From: Candidatus Woesebacteria bacterium GW2011_GWB1_33_38
GTDB lineage: Bacteria > Patescibacteriota > Microgenomatia > UBA8517
Assembly (NCBI GenBank): GCA_000990005.1
Contig: LBPF01000003.1
Location: forward strand, 7,479 to 71,478
DNA: 64,000 nucleotides
Direction: 5' to 3'
This document shows, piece after piece, positions 9,068 through 18,836 of this stretch (the stretch's first letter is position 1; each line of letters opens with the position of its first letter). The notes beneath the pieces were generated by a model. It made no database searches, was not told where the DNA came from, and saw only the letters and a list, made by a program, of their open reading frames with translations. The position numbers and the translations under genes are program-made.

Positions 9068-9307
9068 ATGACTACGATATCTATAACTAATTTGAAAATG
9101 AATCCTGCTCTAGCCATCGCAAGTGCGCAAGATTTTCCCGTCGCTATTCAAAACAGGAATGATACTGAAGCCTATTTAATAGGTAAGGGATTATTTGAAA
9201 AAATGATTCTTTATCTTGAGGATATTGAGGATAAAAAGACAATTAAGAACATTAATATGTCTGACAAAAGGAACTTCGAAGATTTTGCATCAGAACTTGG
9301 GTTATGA
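9068..9307 (+). CDS. Phd/YefM-like antitoxin
   Basis: TISITNLK.NP...PVAI.NRN...AYL; acidic C-terminus; coupled to RelE. Confidence 0.8.
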   Translation: MTTISITNLKMNPALAIASAQDFPVAIQNRNDTEAYLIGKGLFEKMILYLEDIEDKKTIKNINMSDKRNFEDFASELGL

Positions 9308-9561
9308 GGCTAACTATAACATCACATGCTGAAAAGCAAATCAAGAAGCTTCCTAAAAGCATACAAATAATTATTACTTCTAAAATTAGAAATTTAATAA
9401 ATAGTTCATTTGAGGATTTAGAAAAACTATCAGGATATAAAAATTATTATAAAGCTAGGACAGGAACTTATAGAATAATTTTTGTTAAATTTACAAATGA
9501 GGTAGAAATAATTTTAGTGGCTCACAGAAAAGAGGTTTACAACTTGTTGGCCAGGCTTTGA
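9304..9561 (+). CDS. RelE/ParE-family toxin
   Basis: AEKQIKKL...KLSGY...Y..R.G.YRII...VAHRKEVY. Confidence 0.88.
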   Translation: MRLTITSHAEKQIKKLPKSIQIIITSKIRNLINSSFEDLEKLSGYKNYYKARTGTYRIIFVKFTNEVEIILVAHRKEVYNLLARL

Positions 9562-9578
9562 TCCGATATAGTTAATTA

Positions 9579-11120
9579 GTGCTTACAAAAATTCTTTCTG
9601 CCAGCCATTTTGGTTTGGAGCCAAACTTAATTGAGGTTGAGGTCAATGTTTTTAAAAAAGGCTTCCCAGGGTTTAATATAATAGGCCTTCCAAATAAATC
9701 AATTGAAGAAGCAAAAGAAAGGGTTAAAACTGCGCTTATTAATTCAAATATTGAAATTCCAAATTCAAAAATTGTAGTTAACTTGGCTCCTGCCGATATT
9801 CCAAAAGAAGGCTCTCTTTATGATCTTCCCATTGCAATCGGAATACTTGCATCCTTAGGTGAAGTAAAACTTCCGCAAGAAAAATCATTTTTTTACGGTG
9901 AACTTTCACTAGACGGTGGACTACGCCACACTAAAGGTGTTTTTCTTTTAGGACTCGCTGCAAAAGCTTTAAAGATTAAAAACTTATTTGTGCCGTTTGA
10001 CTCTGCCAACGAAGCTGTGGTTTTAGCCGGAATTGATGTTTATCCTGTTAAATCTTTACTTGAGCTGGTCAGTCATTTGAATGGAATAAAGAAAATAGAG
10101 AAAATGTCCTTCTCCGCCAAAGCTTCGGGGGGACGATTTGCTGAGACTCAGCAAATCGAGTTTGATTTTGCTGAAATTATTGGTCAGGAATCTGCAAAAC
10201 GCGCTATGACTATTGCAGCAGCAGGAGGACACAATATATTTATGATGGGTAGTCCAGGAGCAGGAAAGACAATGTTAGCAAGAGCATCTGCTGGAATTTT
10301 ACCACCACTAAATGAGGAAGAAGCTTTGGAAGTTACTAAAATTTATTCACTTGCCGGTCTAATACCTGCAGGAGAAGGACTGGTCAGTATAAGACCCTTT
10401 AGAACAGCACATCACACAACAAGCCGAATTGGCTTAATTGGTGGAGGAACAAATCCACATCCCGGAGAAATTTCCCTTGCCCATAATGGAGTATTGTTTT
10501 TGGATGAATTTCCGGAGTTTTCAAGAAGCACACTTGAGGCGTTAAGGCAACCGATGGAGGATGGGGAAGTATCAATAACCAGAATTGCAGGATCGGTTAA
10601 TTTCCCCGCAAGTTTTATGTTAATAGCTGCAGCTAATCCTTGTCCTTGTGGATATTTAGGCGATCCTAAAAAAGATTGCAAATGTACACCAAGAATGATT
10701 ATGAAATATCAAAGTAAATTGTCGGGGCCTTTGATGGATAGAATTGATTTACATATAAATGTTCCTGCGGTTGATATAAACAAGCTTATGGAAAATGCAA
10801 ATGCTAAAACACAAATGGTAAATTCTAAAAAAATTAGAGAGCAGGTTATAAAAGCAAGAGAGATACAGAATAAAAGATTTAGAGGCCTCTCTGTTTACAC
10901 AAATTCCAATATGAAAAATAAACATATTAAAGGATTTGTTGATATAACTCCAGAGGCATTAAGTTTACTTAAACAAGCAGTCAACACTTATAATTTATCA
11001 GCCAGAACTTATTTTAGACTTATAAAAGTAAGTCAGACGATTGCAGATTTATCAGAAAGTAAAAAAATTCTTCCAAATCACGTCGCCGAAGCGTTACAGT
11101 ATCGTGTAAGAAGTGAATAA
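9579..11120 (+). CDS. comM: ComM/YifB Mg-chelatase-like AAA+ ATPase
   Basis: VNLAPAD, GELSLDG, GSPGAGKT, PGEISLAHNGVLFLDE, NPCPCG, DRID. Confidence 0.93.
   Translation: MLTKILSASHFGLEPNLIEVEVNVFKKGFPGFNIIGLPNKSIEEAKERVKTALINSNIEIPNSKIVVNLAPADIPKEGSLYDLPIAIGILASLGEVKLPQEKSFFYGELSLDGGLRHTKGVFLLGLAAKALKIKNLFVPFDSANEAVVLAGIDVYPVKSLLELVSHLNGIKKIEKMSFSAKASGGRFAETQQIEFDFAEIIGQESAKRAMTIAAAGGHNIFMMGSPGAGKTMLARASAGILPPLNEEEALEVTKIYSLAGLIPAGEGLVSIRPFRTAHHTTSRIGLIGGGTNPHPGEISLAHNGVLFLDEFPEFSRSTLEALRQPMEDGEVSITRIAGSVNFPASFMLIAAANPCPCGYLGDPKKDCKCTPRMIMKYQSKLSGPLMDRIDLHINVPAVDINKLMENANAKTQMVNSKKIREQVIKAREIQNKRFRGLSVYTNSNMKNKHIKGFVDITPEALSLLKQAVNTYNLSARTYFRLIKVSQTIADLSESKKILPNHVAEALQYRVRSE
10106..10134. repeat. 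GC-rich imperfect hairpin in-frame in the comM linker
   Basis: GTCCTTCTCCGCCAAAGCTTCGGGGGGAC encodes SFSAKASGG. Confidence 0.6.
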
Positions 11121-11140
11121 ATTTGTGATATAGTTTTTGT

Positions 11141-11563
11141 ATGCTCTTGTTTGTTTTTGCTTCATCTGTTTATGTTACTAGTTTGGCGATAATTGATGGA
11201 TTGGTTAATCGACTAATTTTTAGAGAAAATAGTAAACTTTCTTACTTTTCAGCAGAAAAGCAAGAGATTTATAAAAGAAAAGAATGGTTTTGGTATTGTT
11301 TTTTGTTTTTGATAATTCTTCCCTTTGTTATCCCTACAATTTTTTCTTTTTTAATCGGAGGAATCCAATATGTGTTAGTTTATATTTTAATTCTTGCGGT
11401 TATTGATTGGGATATTATTTTTGGGAAAATTGTATTTGATAAATGGTTTGGTGATTTACCAAGTATTTGTTTGCCGTTTATTGGTTGGGTTCACTTTAAA
11501 CTACTTCCAACAATTATTATCAGATTATTAACAATTGTAGGAATTGTTTTGTATCTGGTATAG
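11141..11563 (+). CDS. Hypothetical membrane protein
   Basis: About four hydrophobic segments; TGnTATAGT just upstream. Confidence 0.7.
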   Translation: MLLFVFASSVYVTSLAIIDGLVNRLIFRENSKLSYFSAEKQEIYKRKEWFWYCFLFLIILPFVIPTIFSFLIGGIQYVLVYILILAVIDWDIIFGKIVFDKWFGDLPSICLPFIGWVHFKLLPTIIIRLLTIVGIVLYLV

Positions 11564-11586
11564 ATCTATATCTTTGCAATATAGTG

Positions 11587-11811
11587 TCAGGACTGGGGAC
11601 TAGGAGATTCGGTTTCTTGAGATTTATCTAATTTTTGATTAATTAATTCTCTCACACTTTCAATAAATGGTTTTAATTGATCTTCAGCAGTATTTTTAGG
11701 GGCAAGGGGCAACGTGCCTCTTTCAGGATGGTTATAAAAATACTGACCATTTTGGAAAATAATATCTAATTTCATAGCTTGTAGTTTACTTCTTCTTCTT
11801 CTTCTTGTCAA
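11587..11811 (-). CDS. Hypothetical small protein
   Basis: Fills the intergenic gap; start codon uncertain. Confidence 0.35.
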   Translation of the reverse strand: MTRRRRRSKLQAMKLDIIFQNGQYFYNHPERGTLPLAPKNTAEDQLKPFIESVRELINQKLDKSQETESPSPQS

Positions 11812-11839
11812 TTGTGAAAAATTGGGAGATTATTAAATT

Positions 11840-12124
11840 ATGAAGGCAGAAATTGACCAAAGTGGAAAGGTGGAACATTTGAATACGCATACAGTAGTTT
11901 CCTTGGCAAATCATGTTTCTGGATCGGTTTATTTGTCTGCCACCGAGAAAATAAAACTTATAAAAATTTTAAGAAAAAGTATATTTAACAGGGCAGAATT
12001 TATTTATAAGATATTTGCGATAATTGTTGCTATTTTAAAATTAGGTAAAAAAAGAAACCGAGCTTTATCGGCCTCACCACCCGCTTTTACGCATGGGGTC
12101 CGCTTAGTTCTCGGTTTACTTTAA
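11840..12124 (+). CDS. DUF3800-like (IDQSG) protein, probably truncated
   Basis: N-terminal EIDQSGK resembles the xxDESG start of DUF3800 proteins; the C-terminus runs into a GC-rich hairpin region. Confidence 0.45.
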   Translation: MKAEIDQSGKVEHLNTHTVVSLANHVSGSVYLSATEKIKLIKILRKSIFNRAEFIYKIFAIIVAILKLGKKRNRALSASPPAFTHGVRLVLGLL

Positions 12125-12125
12125 A
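12047..12125 (-). ncRNA. Candidate structured small RNA antisense to the 3' end of the IDQSG gene
   Basis: AAACCGAG (12055-62) / CTCGGTTT (12110-17) closing stem with a GC-rich interior; U-tract after it and TATAAT (12134-12129) before it on the minus strand. Confidence 0.5.
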
Positions 12126-12148
12126 TATATTATACATAACTTGTCAAC

Positions 12149-12511
12149 ATGAAGCAATTAAATAGATTAATCGGAAAACAAGGGGAGGAGATGGCGGCTG
12201 AGTTACTCAGAAAGAAAGGATATCAGATACTGGATCAAAATAATTCTACCAAATGGGGAGAGTTAGATATAATTGCTTGTAAAGATAATATCTTAACATT
12301 TGTTGAGGTTAAACTAAAAACAACTGAAGACTATGGTACTCCAGAAGAAATGATTGGAAAAAATAAACTAGCGCAAGTTAGACGGACTGCAGAAATGTAT
12401 TTATTAAATAATCCTGATATAGCAAAAAAGTTTGATAGATATCAAATAGATGCTGTGTGTATAGTAGAGGAGTCAGAAAGAATAACGCATTATGAAAACC
12501 TTACATTTTAG
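12149..12511 (+). CDS. yraN: YraN-family endonuclease
   Basis: G..GE..A..LL..KGY.IL..N....GELDII...FVEVK; comM-yraN-dprA context. Confidence 0.92.
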   Translation: MKQLNRLIGKQGEEMAAELLRKKGYQILDQNNSTKWGELDIIACKDNILTFVEVKLKTTEDYGTPEEMIGKNKLAQVRRTAEMYLLNNPDIAKKFDRYQIDAVCIVEESERITHYENLTF

Positions 12512-13310
12512 AGGAGTAGATCCTTATACTATTAACAAAAAATCCATCGCAATTGTTGGAAGTCGGCAAATGACAAGATATGGTAGGGAAATAGTCGATA
12601 AATTTGTTTGTGACTTTGTTGCCAACGGGATAACCACAATTTCAGGTTTTATGTATGGAGTAGATACAGAGGTTGCAGAAAAGACTATTGAGTATGGCGG
12701 TCGCCACATTGCTGTCTTTGGTTGTGGTTTAGACATAATTTACCCTGCTGAAAACGCAAAATTGTATGACCAAATTGTTAAAACAGGAGGATCAGTTGTG
12801 TCAGAATATGATGACTCGGCAAAACCTCATCTTTGGAAATTTCCACAGAGAAATAAAATTGTTGCAGGACTTTCTTCACTTGGAGTTTTGGTTATCGAGG
12901 CGGGAGAAAATAGTGGGTCATTGGTAACTGCAAAGTTAGCTAAAAAAATGAAGAAAAAAGTATATGCAATACCTGGACCAATTAATTCTAAAGTTTCTAT
13001 TGGATGTAATGATCTTATAAAATCTGGGGATGCAATTATGGCAATAAGTGTGGGAGACATAATTAAATCAAAATTTAAAAAGATAGCATCGCTTACGCGT
13101 CAAAATACAAAATTACAAATTAAAAGTCAAAATTTTGCGAACGGATTAGAACAAAAAATTTATAAAGTACTTGAAATAGAACCTCTGGAAATTGATGAAA
13201 TTGCAGTCAAAATCAGGGGGAGTGTTGTAGAAATTGGATCAACATTATCAATAATGGGAATTAAAGGTCTTGTTACCGAATCTGGAGGTAAATACTACTT
13301 AAATAGGTAG
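12492..13310 (+). CDS. dprA: DNA-processing protein DprA, short form without the N-terminal domain
   Basis: AIVGSR, ISGFMYGVD, FPQRNKIVAG, EAGENSGSLVTA, PG, C-terminal wHTH. Confidence 0.9.
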   Translation: MKTLHFRGVDPYTINKKSIAIVGSRQMTRYGREIVDKFVCDFVANGITTISGFMYGVDTEVAEKTIEYGGRHIAVFGCGLDIIYPAENAKLYDQIVKTGGSVVSEYDDSAKPHLWKFPQRNKIVAGLSSLGVLVIEAGENSGSLVTAKLAKKMKKKVYAIPGPINSKVSIGCNDLIKSGDAIMAISVGDIIKSKFKKIASLTRQNTKLQIKSQNFANGLEQKIYKVLEIEPLEIDEIAVKIRGSVVEIGSTLSIMGIKGLVTESGGKYYLNR

Positions 13311-14117
13311 TCGAAATTTAGTATAACACCCAGGGTAGAGTACTTCTGAACCACCAAACGACTTTTTAAAGTGGGTAAAACCCAGCCAAGATTTATTGGG
13401 AAACCTGTCGTCATATATTCCTTCAAAATCAAAGATTTTACAACCTTGCTTTCTAGCCCATAGTATTCCAGAATAGAGAAGAGAGTATTGGGAGAGGGAA
13501 GTGCGACCTTCTTTATTAGTAAAACCATACCAATAATATACAAAGTCGTGTGAACTCCGCGTGAAAATCGCTCCCCCGATAATATTGCCAACTTTATTGT
13601 GCGACGCAAGGAAAATTGAGTGATTGTTCAGGAAGTTTTTTTTTAAGTTTATTAAACTTTCAAGGTTTGGTACATATCGATTAAAACTAACTGATTTTTT
13701 CCAAGCTTTATAAAATTTTTCTATTTCTTTTGGGGTAGAATACTCAACAATTTTTAGTTTATCCCCTATTTTTATACTTCTTCTTGTCTCCTTTTTAAAA
13801 ACAAACGGGCTAGTCAAATCCAGATGCAATGTTTTTGAAGGTAAATATGGGTTTTTTGACAACTTGTAGTTATTAGCTTTTAATTTTTGACTATTTAAAT
13901 TTAAGTTTGGTTCAATAATTGTTTGAAAAACTCTATATTTTTTTTCTAACTTTTTTGTTGTCTTAAAATCGATATTTTTAGGTCTTTGAATTTTTAGGAC
14001 GGAACCGATTAGGGGCAGTTTTCGTATGAAGTAGTTAGTGTTTTTAATTCTCTCTATAATCCAGCCTTGGGATTTTAAATATTTGGCATAATTTACAGAT
14101 TGTCTGATATCAGTCAT
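13299..14117 (-). CDS. FemAB/FemX-like GNAT peptidyltransferase
   Basis: DIRQS..Y, TL.LDL, FDFEGI, GFTHFKKSFGG. Confidence 0.8.
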   Translation of the reverse strand: MTDIRQSVNYAKYLKSQGWIIERIKNTNYFIRKLPLIGSVLKIQRPKNIDFKTTKKLEKKYRVFQTIIEPNLNLNSQKLKANNYKLSKNPYLPSKTLHLDLTSPFVFKKETRRSIKIGDKLKIVEYSTPKEIEKFYKAWKKSVSFNRYVPNLESLINLKKNFLNNHSIFLASHNKVGNIIGGAIFTRSSHDFVYYWYGFTNKEGRTSLSQYSLLYSGILWARKQGCKIFDFEGIYDDRFPNKSWLGFTHFKKSFGGSEVLYPGCYTKFRLPI

Positions 14118-15013
14118 ACCCTTGCCTTAAGTCGAAGAAAAAACCATCTAGCTTTTTCAGCAATTCTATATAGATAATATAATGGCTTGTTTATAACAAG
14201 GTCCCAACTACCCACAAACTCAACAACCTTTGGATTGTAACCCTCCTTAAATTTAGTAAATCCCTTACCCTCTTCTCTTCCCCATAAATCAAATGTAGAT
14301 AATCCTTGTTTTTTACCGTATTTAATTGCTTCCCACATCATTAGATTATTGGCCATTACCTCCTTATACTTATCAGTTGATGCTCCATATGGGTAATACA
14401 AAAAGTCATTATGGGTAAAAAGTATCCAGGTAGAAATAATTTCGCCTTTGTATGTCGCAATTAGAAGATGTGCAATTTTATCTTTTAAATGCTTCCACAT
14501 AAGCCTATGGTACTTTTCAGTGTGAGCATAGAAGCCTTGCCTTTTAGCTGTTTCAAACGTTAATTCAAGATACTTTTCAAAAGCTTTGTCTGAATTATCA
14601 ATTCTTACCTTTACTTCATGTTTCTGGGCTAGCCTAATGTTATACCTAGTTTTGCTAGAAAAAGATTTTAGAAGTTCTTCCTCAGATTTTGTTAGGTCAA
14701 TCCAAAAAGTTGTCGGTGTAAATAATGTTTTGCCCCTGACCAGGCCTGATTTACTGAGTAACTGTTTTACTGATTCATTATTAGAAATATTTGGCTCGAA
14801 TTTTATAAAAATTGCGTTATATTTTTTGCCTATATTTCTAAACATTGCAGGGTCGGACTCTGCAATAGGGCCACATTTAAGGCATGTTCCTATTTTGAAA
14901 TTGGTATAAGGAATTTTGGAAAAAATTATTAAAGAATTCTTTTCAAAGTGAACTTCATTCCCCCACTCCTTTCTAAACTCTCCCCATTCCTTTGTTTGTA
15001 GTGGATGTGTCAT
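14114..15013 (-). CDS. FemAB/FemX-family peptidoglycan bridge transferase
   Basis: HPLQT.EWGEFR, IDLT.SEEELL.SF..KTRYNIRLA, YPYGAS, FDLWG, FKEGY. Confidence 0.88.
   Translation of the reverse strand: MTHPLQTKEWGEFRKEWGNEVHFEKNSLIIFSKIPYTNFKIGTCLKCGPIAESDPAMFRNIGKKYNAIFIKFEPNISNNESVKQLLSKSGLVRGKTLFTPTTFWIDLTKSEEELLKSFSSKTRYNIRLAQKHEVKVRIDNSDKAFEKYLELTFETAKRQGFYAHTEKYHRLMWKHLKDKIAHLLIATYKGEIISTWILFTHNDFLYYPYGASTDKYKEVMANNLMMWEAIKYGKKQGLSTFDLWGREEGKGFTKFKEGYNPKVVEFVGSWDLVINKPLYYLYRIAEKARWFFLRLKARV
14844..14866. repeat. 23-bp palindrome in-frame in the fem gene
   Basis: ATTGCAGGGTCGGACTCTGCAAT; 18/23 identical to 38081-38103. Confidence 0.75.
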
Positions 15014-15017
15014 AGTC

Positions 15018-15087
15018 TATTTTAAGTACTTGTTGAGAATATTAGAATAACCAATATTCCTTATTTTAAGTACTTGTCGAGAATATT
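15018..15087. repeat. 26-bp direct repeat duplicating the helicase 3' end
   Basis: 15018-15043 vs 15062-15087, 25/26 identical. Confidence 0.9.
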
Positions 15088-16723
15088 GTCAAAGTTTAAA
15101 TCATCATCGGCGATCTGTGAGTCATTATAAACATCGTTTTTTATAATTTCCAAACTGCCGTTTAATAAATGCTCAGGAATGTCCGAAAGAAATCTACTTG
15201 GGGCGTTACTTGATGTTTCTCCATAGAAGAGGCGTTTACTGGCATAACACAAAATCAATGTTTCTTTGGCTCTAGTTATGCCTACATAACAAAGTCTTCT
15301 TTCTTCTTCTAGTTGTTCTTTTTCCCACAAAGACCTTGAATGTGGAAAAATTCCTTCCTCCATTCCTACAATGAAAACTACAGTGAATTCAAGACCTTTG
15401 GCAGAATGCAAAGTCATAAGAGTAACTGCGTTTTTTGTTTCATGAATAGGTCCTGCTTCAATTAATGATACATTTTCTAAAAATTCTATTAATGTGGGAA
15501 ATTCAATCGCAACTGAACGAAGCTCTTTGATGTTTTCAAGACGTTCTACATCTTCTGGATCGATCTCTTTAAATTTGGCTAAATAACTTGTTGTTTTTAA
15601 AACCTGGTCAAGTATTTCTAGTGTTGTTAACTCTTGTAAATTGGAAATTGATAATTGTAAATTGCTGAAGGCTTCATACCTTCTTTTACCTAAGGCTAAC
15701 ACTCTTTTTTTGGAGACTGTATCTTTGTGATTAACTAAAAGCCTTAAGTATGAAAGTATGTCTTTTATTTCTTTTCTATCATAGAATCTAACACCACCCA
15801 TTAATGAGTAAGGAATACTAGCGTGGAGTAATGCCTCTTCAAGCACACGAGATTGGGCGTTCGTTCTGTAAAGTATGGCAACATCACTATAATCTTTGCC
15901 ACTAAGGACTAGCCTTTTTATTTCATTTATAACAAATTCTGCTTCATCAAAACCGTTTCTGGCAGGATAAATAGATATCTTTTCTCCACTTTCTTTTTCT
16001 GTCCATAATTTTAAAATAGGGTGAGTCATATTTTTAGAAATTACGGCGTTAGCTGCTTCTAAAATATTTTGTGTACTTCTGTAGTTTTGTTCCAGGTTAA
16101 TAACTTTTATTTTAGGATAGTCAGAAATTAGATAGTTTATATTTCTGTAATCTGCCCCTCTCCAGGAGTATACTGACTGACTAGCATCTCCTACGGCAGT
16201 AATTACACCTCTATTTCCGTCTATTAGTCTTATTAATTTATATTGTATTTTATTTGTGTCCTGCCACTCATCGACAAATATTTGTTTTAATCTATCTCTC
16301 CATTTTGAAACAATCTCTGGTATTTCAAAAAGTAAAACAGTTTTAATTAGAAGATCGTCAAAGTCTAAAGCATTAATTTCTTTTAATTTTCTCTCGTACG
16401 CTTTATAAATTGTAGAAATAGTTTGATCTGTCGGCTCCAGCATTTGATTTTTGGCTTCAGAGATAGAGTATAAAACAGATGAAGGTTTTATCGTATCTTT
16501 GATACCAATTTCCAAGATTATGTCTTTAATTAAATCTTTTTGCTGCCTTATTGGTAAATGTCAATAAAAGACAGTTTTCAGGATTAACTAACTTTGTTTT
16601 TATAAAATATGAGACTCGTTCTGTTAAAACTTTAGTTTTACCTGATCCTGCCCCAGCTAAAACCAAAAGAGGTCCTCCAACGTATGTAACTGCTTCTTGC
16701 TGTTCCTTGTTAAGAGTCTCCAT
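15061..16723 (-). CDS. pcrA: PcrA/UvrD helicase, split by a deletion/frameshift near 16534-16543
   Basis: The 16526-16723 piece has AGAGSGKT and TFTNKAA; the 15061-16542 piece has [44 protein letters not shown]. Confidence 0.88.
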
Positions 16724-16741
16724 ATTACTTACAATAGTAGC

Positions 16742-17659
16742 ATGCGGATTATTAAATTTGTTTCACTATTTTTAGGAAGTTTAATAATTGTTTTGGTTCT
16801 GCTATGTTCTAGCTTCTATTTTCTAGCACCTAAATTGCAACAGAATGTTGCAATTTTAGTTTTAGGCAAGGGTGGTGAGGGCCATACGGCTCCAGATTTG
16901 ACAGATACTATGATGCTTGTAAATTTAAATCCAGATTCTAATAAAGTATCTATTTTATCTCTGCCTCGAGATATTTGGATTCCAGCCATTCGTGCTAAAT
17001 TAAACACAGCGTATCATTATGGTAGTTTTGGTCTTGCATCATCCAGTGTGTCTAGTGTTACAGGTATAACACCCAACTATTATGTGGTTGTTGATTTTTC
17101 ACTGTTTAAAGATTTAATCGATACTGTTGGTGGTATAAATGTAGAAGTTGCCAATCCCTTTACTGATGAAAAATATCCAATCGTGGGAAAAGAAGATGAT
17201 CTATGCAATGGAGATAAATTATACAAATGTAGATACGAAACCCTTCACTTTGTCCAGGGTAAACAATTAATGAATGGGGAGACTGCTCTACAGTTTGTTA
17301 GAAGTAGAAATGCGGTAGGAGATGAAGGAACAGATATTGCAAGAGAGAGAAGACAGCAAAAAGTGATTGAAGCTTTAAAGACAAAACTTTTGTCAACGCA
17401 AGTTTTGTCAAATTCAAAGGTTTTAATGAATTTATACGATATTATAATGTCTCATTTGGAAACAAATATTGATAAAGTTATGACACTTAAATTATTAAGA
17501 TTTATTTTTGAATCAAAAGATAACATCAAGTTTTTATCAATCCCGGAAGAATATATTAAGTTTTCCCAAAATAACAAAAGATATGATTTTCAATATGTTT
17601 TTATCCCAGTAAGTGGTAATTGGAATGAATTTCAGAATTGGCTAAAAAAAGGAATATAA
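16742..17659 (+). CDS. LCP (LytR-CpsA-Psr) family protein
   Basis: TM helix; [31 protein letters not shown]; start at 16742 follows TACAAT. Confidence 0.92.
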   Translation: MRIIKFVSLFLGSLIIVLVLLCSSFYFLAPKLQQNVAILVLGKGGEGHTAPDLTDTMMLVNLNPDSNKVSILSLPRDIWIPAIRAKLNTAYHYGSFGLASSSVSSVTGITPNYYVVVDFSLFKDLIDTVGGINVEVANPFTDEKYPIVGKEDDLCNGDKLYKCRYETLHFVQGKQLMNGETALQFVRSRNAVGDEGTDIARERRQQKVIEALKTKLLSTQVLSNSKVLMNLYDIIMSHLETNIDKVMTLKLLRFIFESKDNIKFLSIPEEYIKFSQNNKRYDFQYVFIPVSGNWNEFQNWLKKGI

Positions 17660-17660
17660 A

Positions 17661-18827
17661 TTACCACCCTACCCAGTCAAATTTATTGATAAATAGAACG
17701 CCCCAAGTGTTTACAATAATGCAGATTAAAAGTAGAAGCCAATTATGCCATCTCGGCCCATTCTGTTTTACAATTCCTTTAATTGTAAGTAACATTAAAA
17801 AAGGATAAAAGTCGACGGCGAACCGGTATCCAAATTGCGAAAATCCAGTTCCTCCGTGAGAGGCTACTATAAATAGTATTATTAAAATAGAAATCCAAGA
17901 TAATTTTGTAACGAGATCTTTTTTAGCTGCAAAGAAAGCATATATAAAAGCAGGAGTGGTTAAAATTATAGACATTCCAGCAAGAGACGGAACAATATAG
18001 GGGAAAGTATCTCTAATTACAGGTAGTTTCAAAAAGAAAATGTTAAAGTTTTTAGGTATATAAGTAGGACTCCAAAGGCCTGACGAGAACCAAGATGAGG
18101 TATTAACATCTGGAATTAAACTGTAACCATTATCAAACGGATTCCCAAACCTTAAATAGTTATAGCTAAAGCCAAATATAGCAAAGATAGAAAATACTAG
18201 AATTAATTTAGTCAATATTTTGATATTTTTAAATTTATTCCAATTCATAAAAATCATAAATGGAAAAACTAATGCTGTATGGCTTCTCGAAAGAAATACA
18301 GATCCCAACAATATTCCCAATAAAATTGGTCTAGACTTTCCAAATATTTCAACTAATGCCCAGGTCAAGAAAAAAGCAGATGTAACTTGGCCTAAATACC
18401 ATACTGATCCAACTGAAGATAAAAACCAAACTATGGATCCCAACCCAATTAATAATCCTGACCAGATCGCAAGTTTAATATCTTTTTTAATTTTATATGA
18501 CAAAATCATTGTCATACCCACAATCCCCATTCCAAATATATGAGCAATAATTTGTTGTGGAAATTCTTTTCCGAAAATTAACACAAACGGTAAAGCAATA
18601 ATTGCCGGCATTGGAGGATTTGTCACATACCATCTGTTGATATCAATCGGAACTTTTTCAAGCCATGGATAAACACCCTCTATATACAAGTGTCCTTTTA
18701 AAAAAGCATCAGCTAATAATATGAAATGGTTAAAAGCCGTGTTTCCAGCGGACGACAAAAAATAAATTATTAATATAATTATTGAAGTAATTATTATTAC
18801 CAACCTAGATTTATGATTTATCATCAT
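17661..18827 (-). CDS. Polytopic GT-C-like membrane protein (paralog A)
   Basis: About 11 TM segments; YNYLRFGNPF and QFGYRF motifs shared with its neighbour. Confidence 0.7.
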   Translation of the reverse strand: MMINHKSRLVIIITSIIILIIYFLSSAGNTAFNHFILLADAFLKGHLYIEGVYPWLEKVPIDINRWYVTNPPMPAIIALPFVLIFGKEFPQQIIAHIFGMGIVGMTMILSYKIKKDIKLAIWSGLLIGLGSIVWFLSSVGSVWYLGQVTSAFFLTWALVEIFGKSRPILLGILLGSVFLSRSHTALVFPFMIFMNWNKFKNIKILTKLILVFSIFAIFGFSYNYLRFGNPFDNGYSLIPDVNTSSWFSSGLWSPTYIPKNFNIFFLKLPVIRDTFPYIVPSLAGMSIILTTPAFIYAFFAAKKDLVTKLSWISILIILFIVASHGGTGFSQFGYRFAVDFYPFLMLLTIKGIVKQNGPRWHNWLLLLICIIVNTWGVLFINKFDWVGW

Positions 18828-18836
18828 TTTCCCGAA

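Noticed and set aside
607-16545. Programmed frameshifting in metG or pcrA
   Set aside because: Conserved sequence is missing at both junctions, so a frameshift alone would not restore the proteins.
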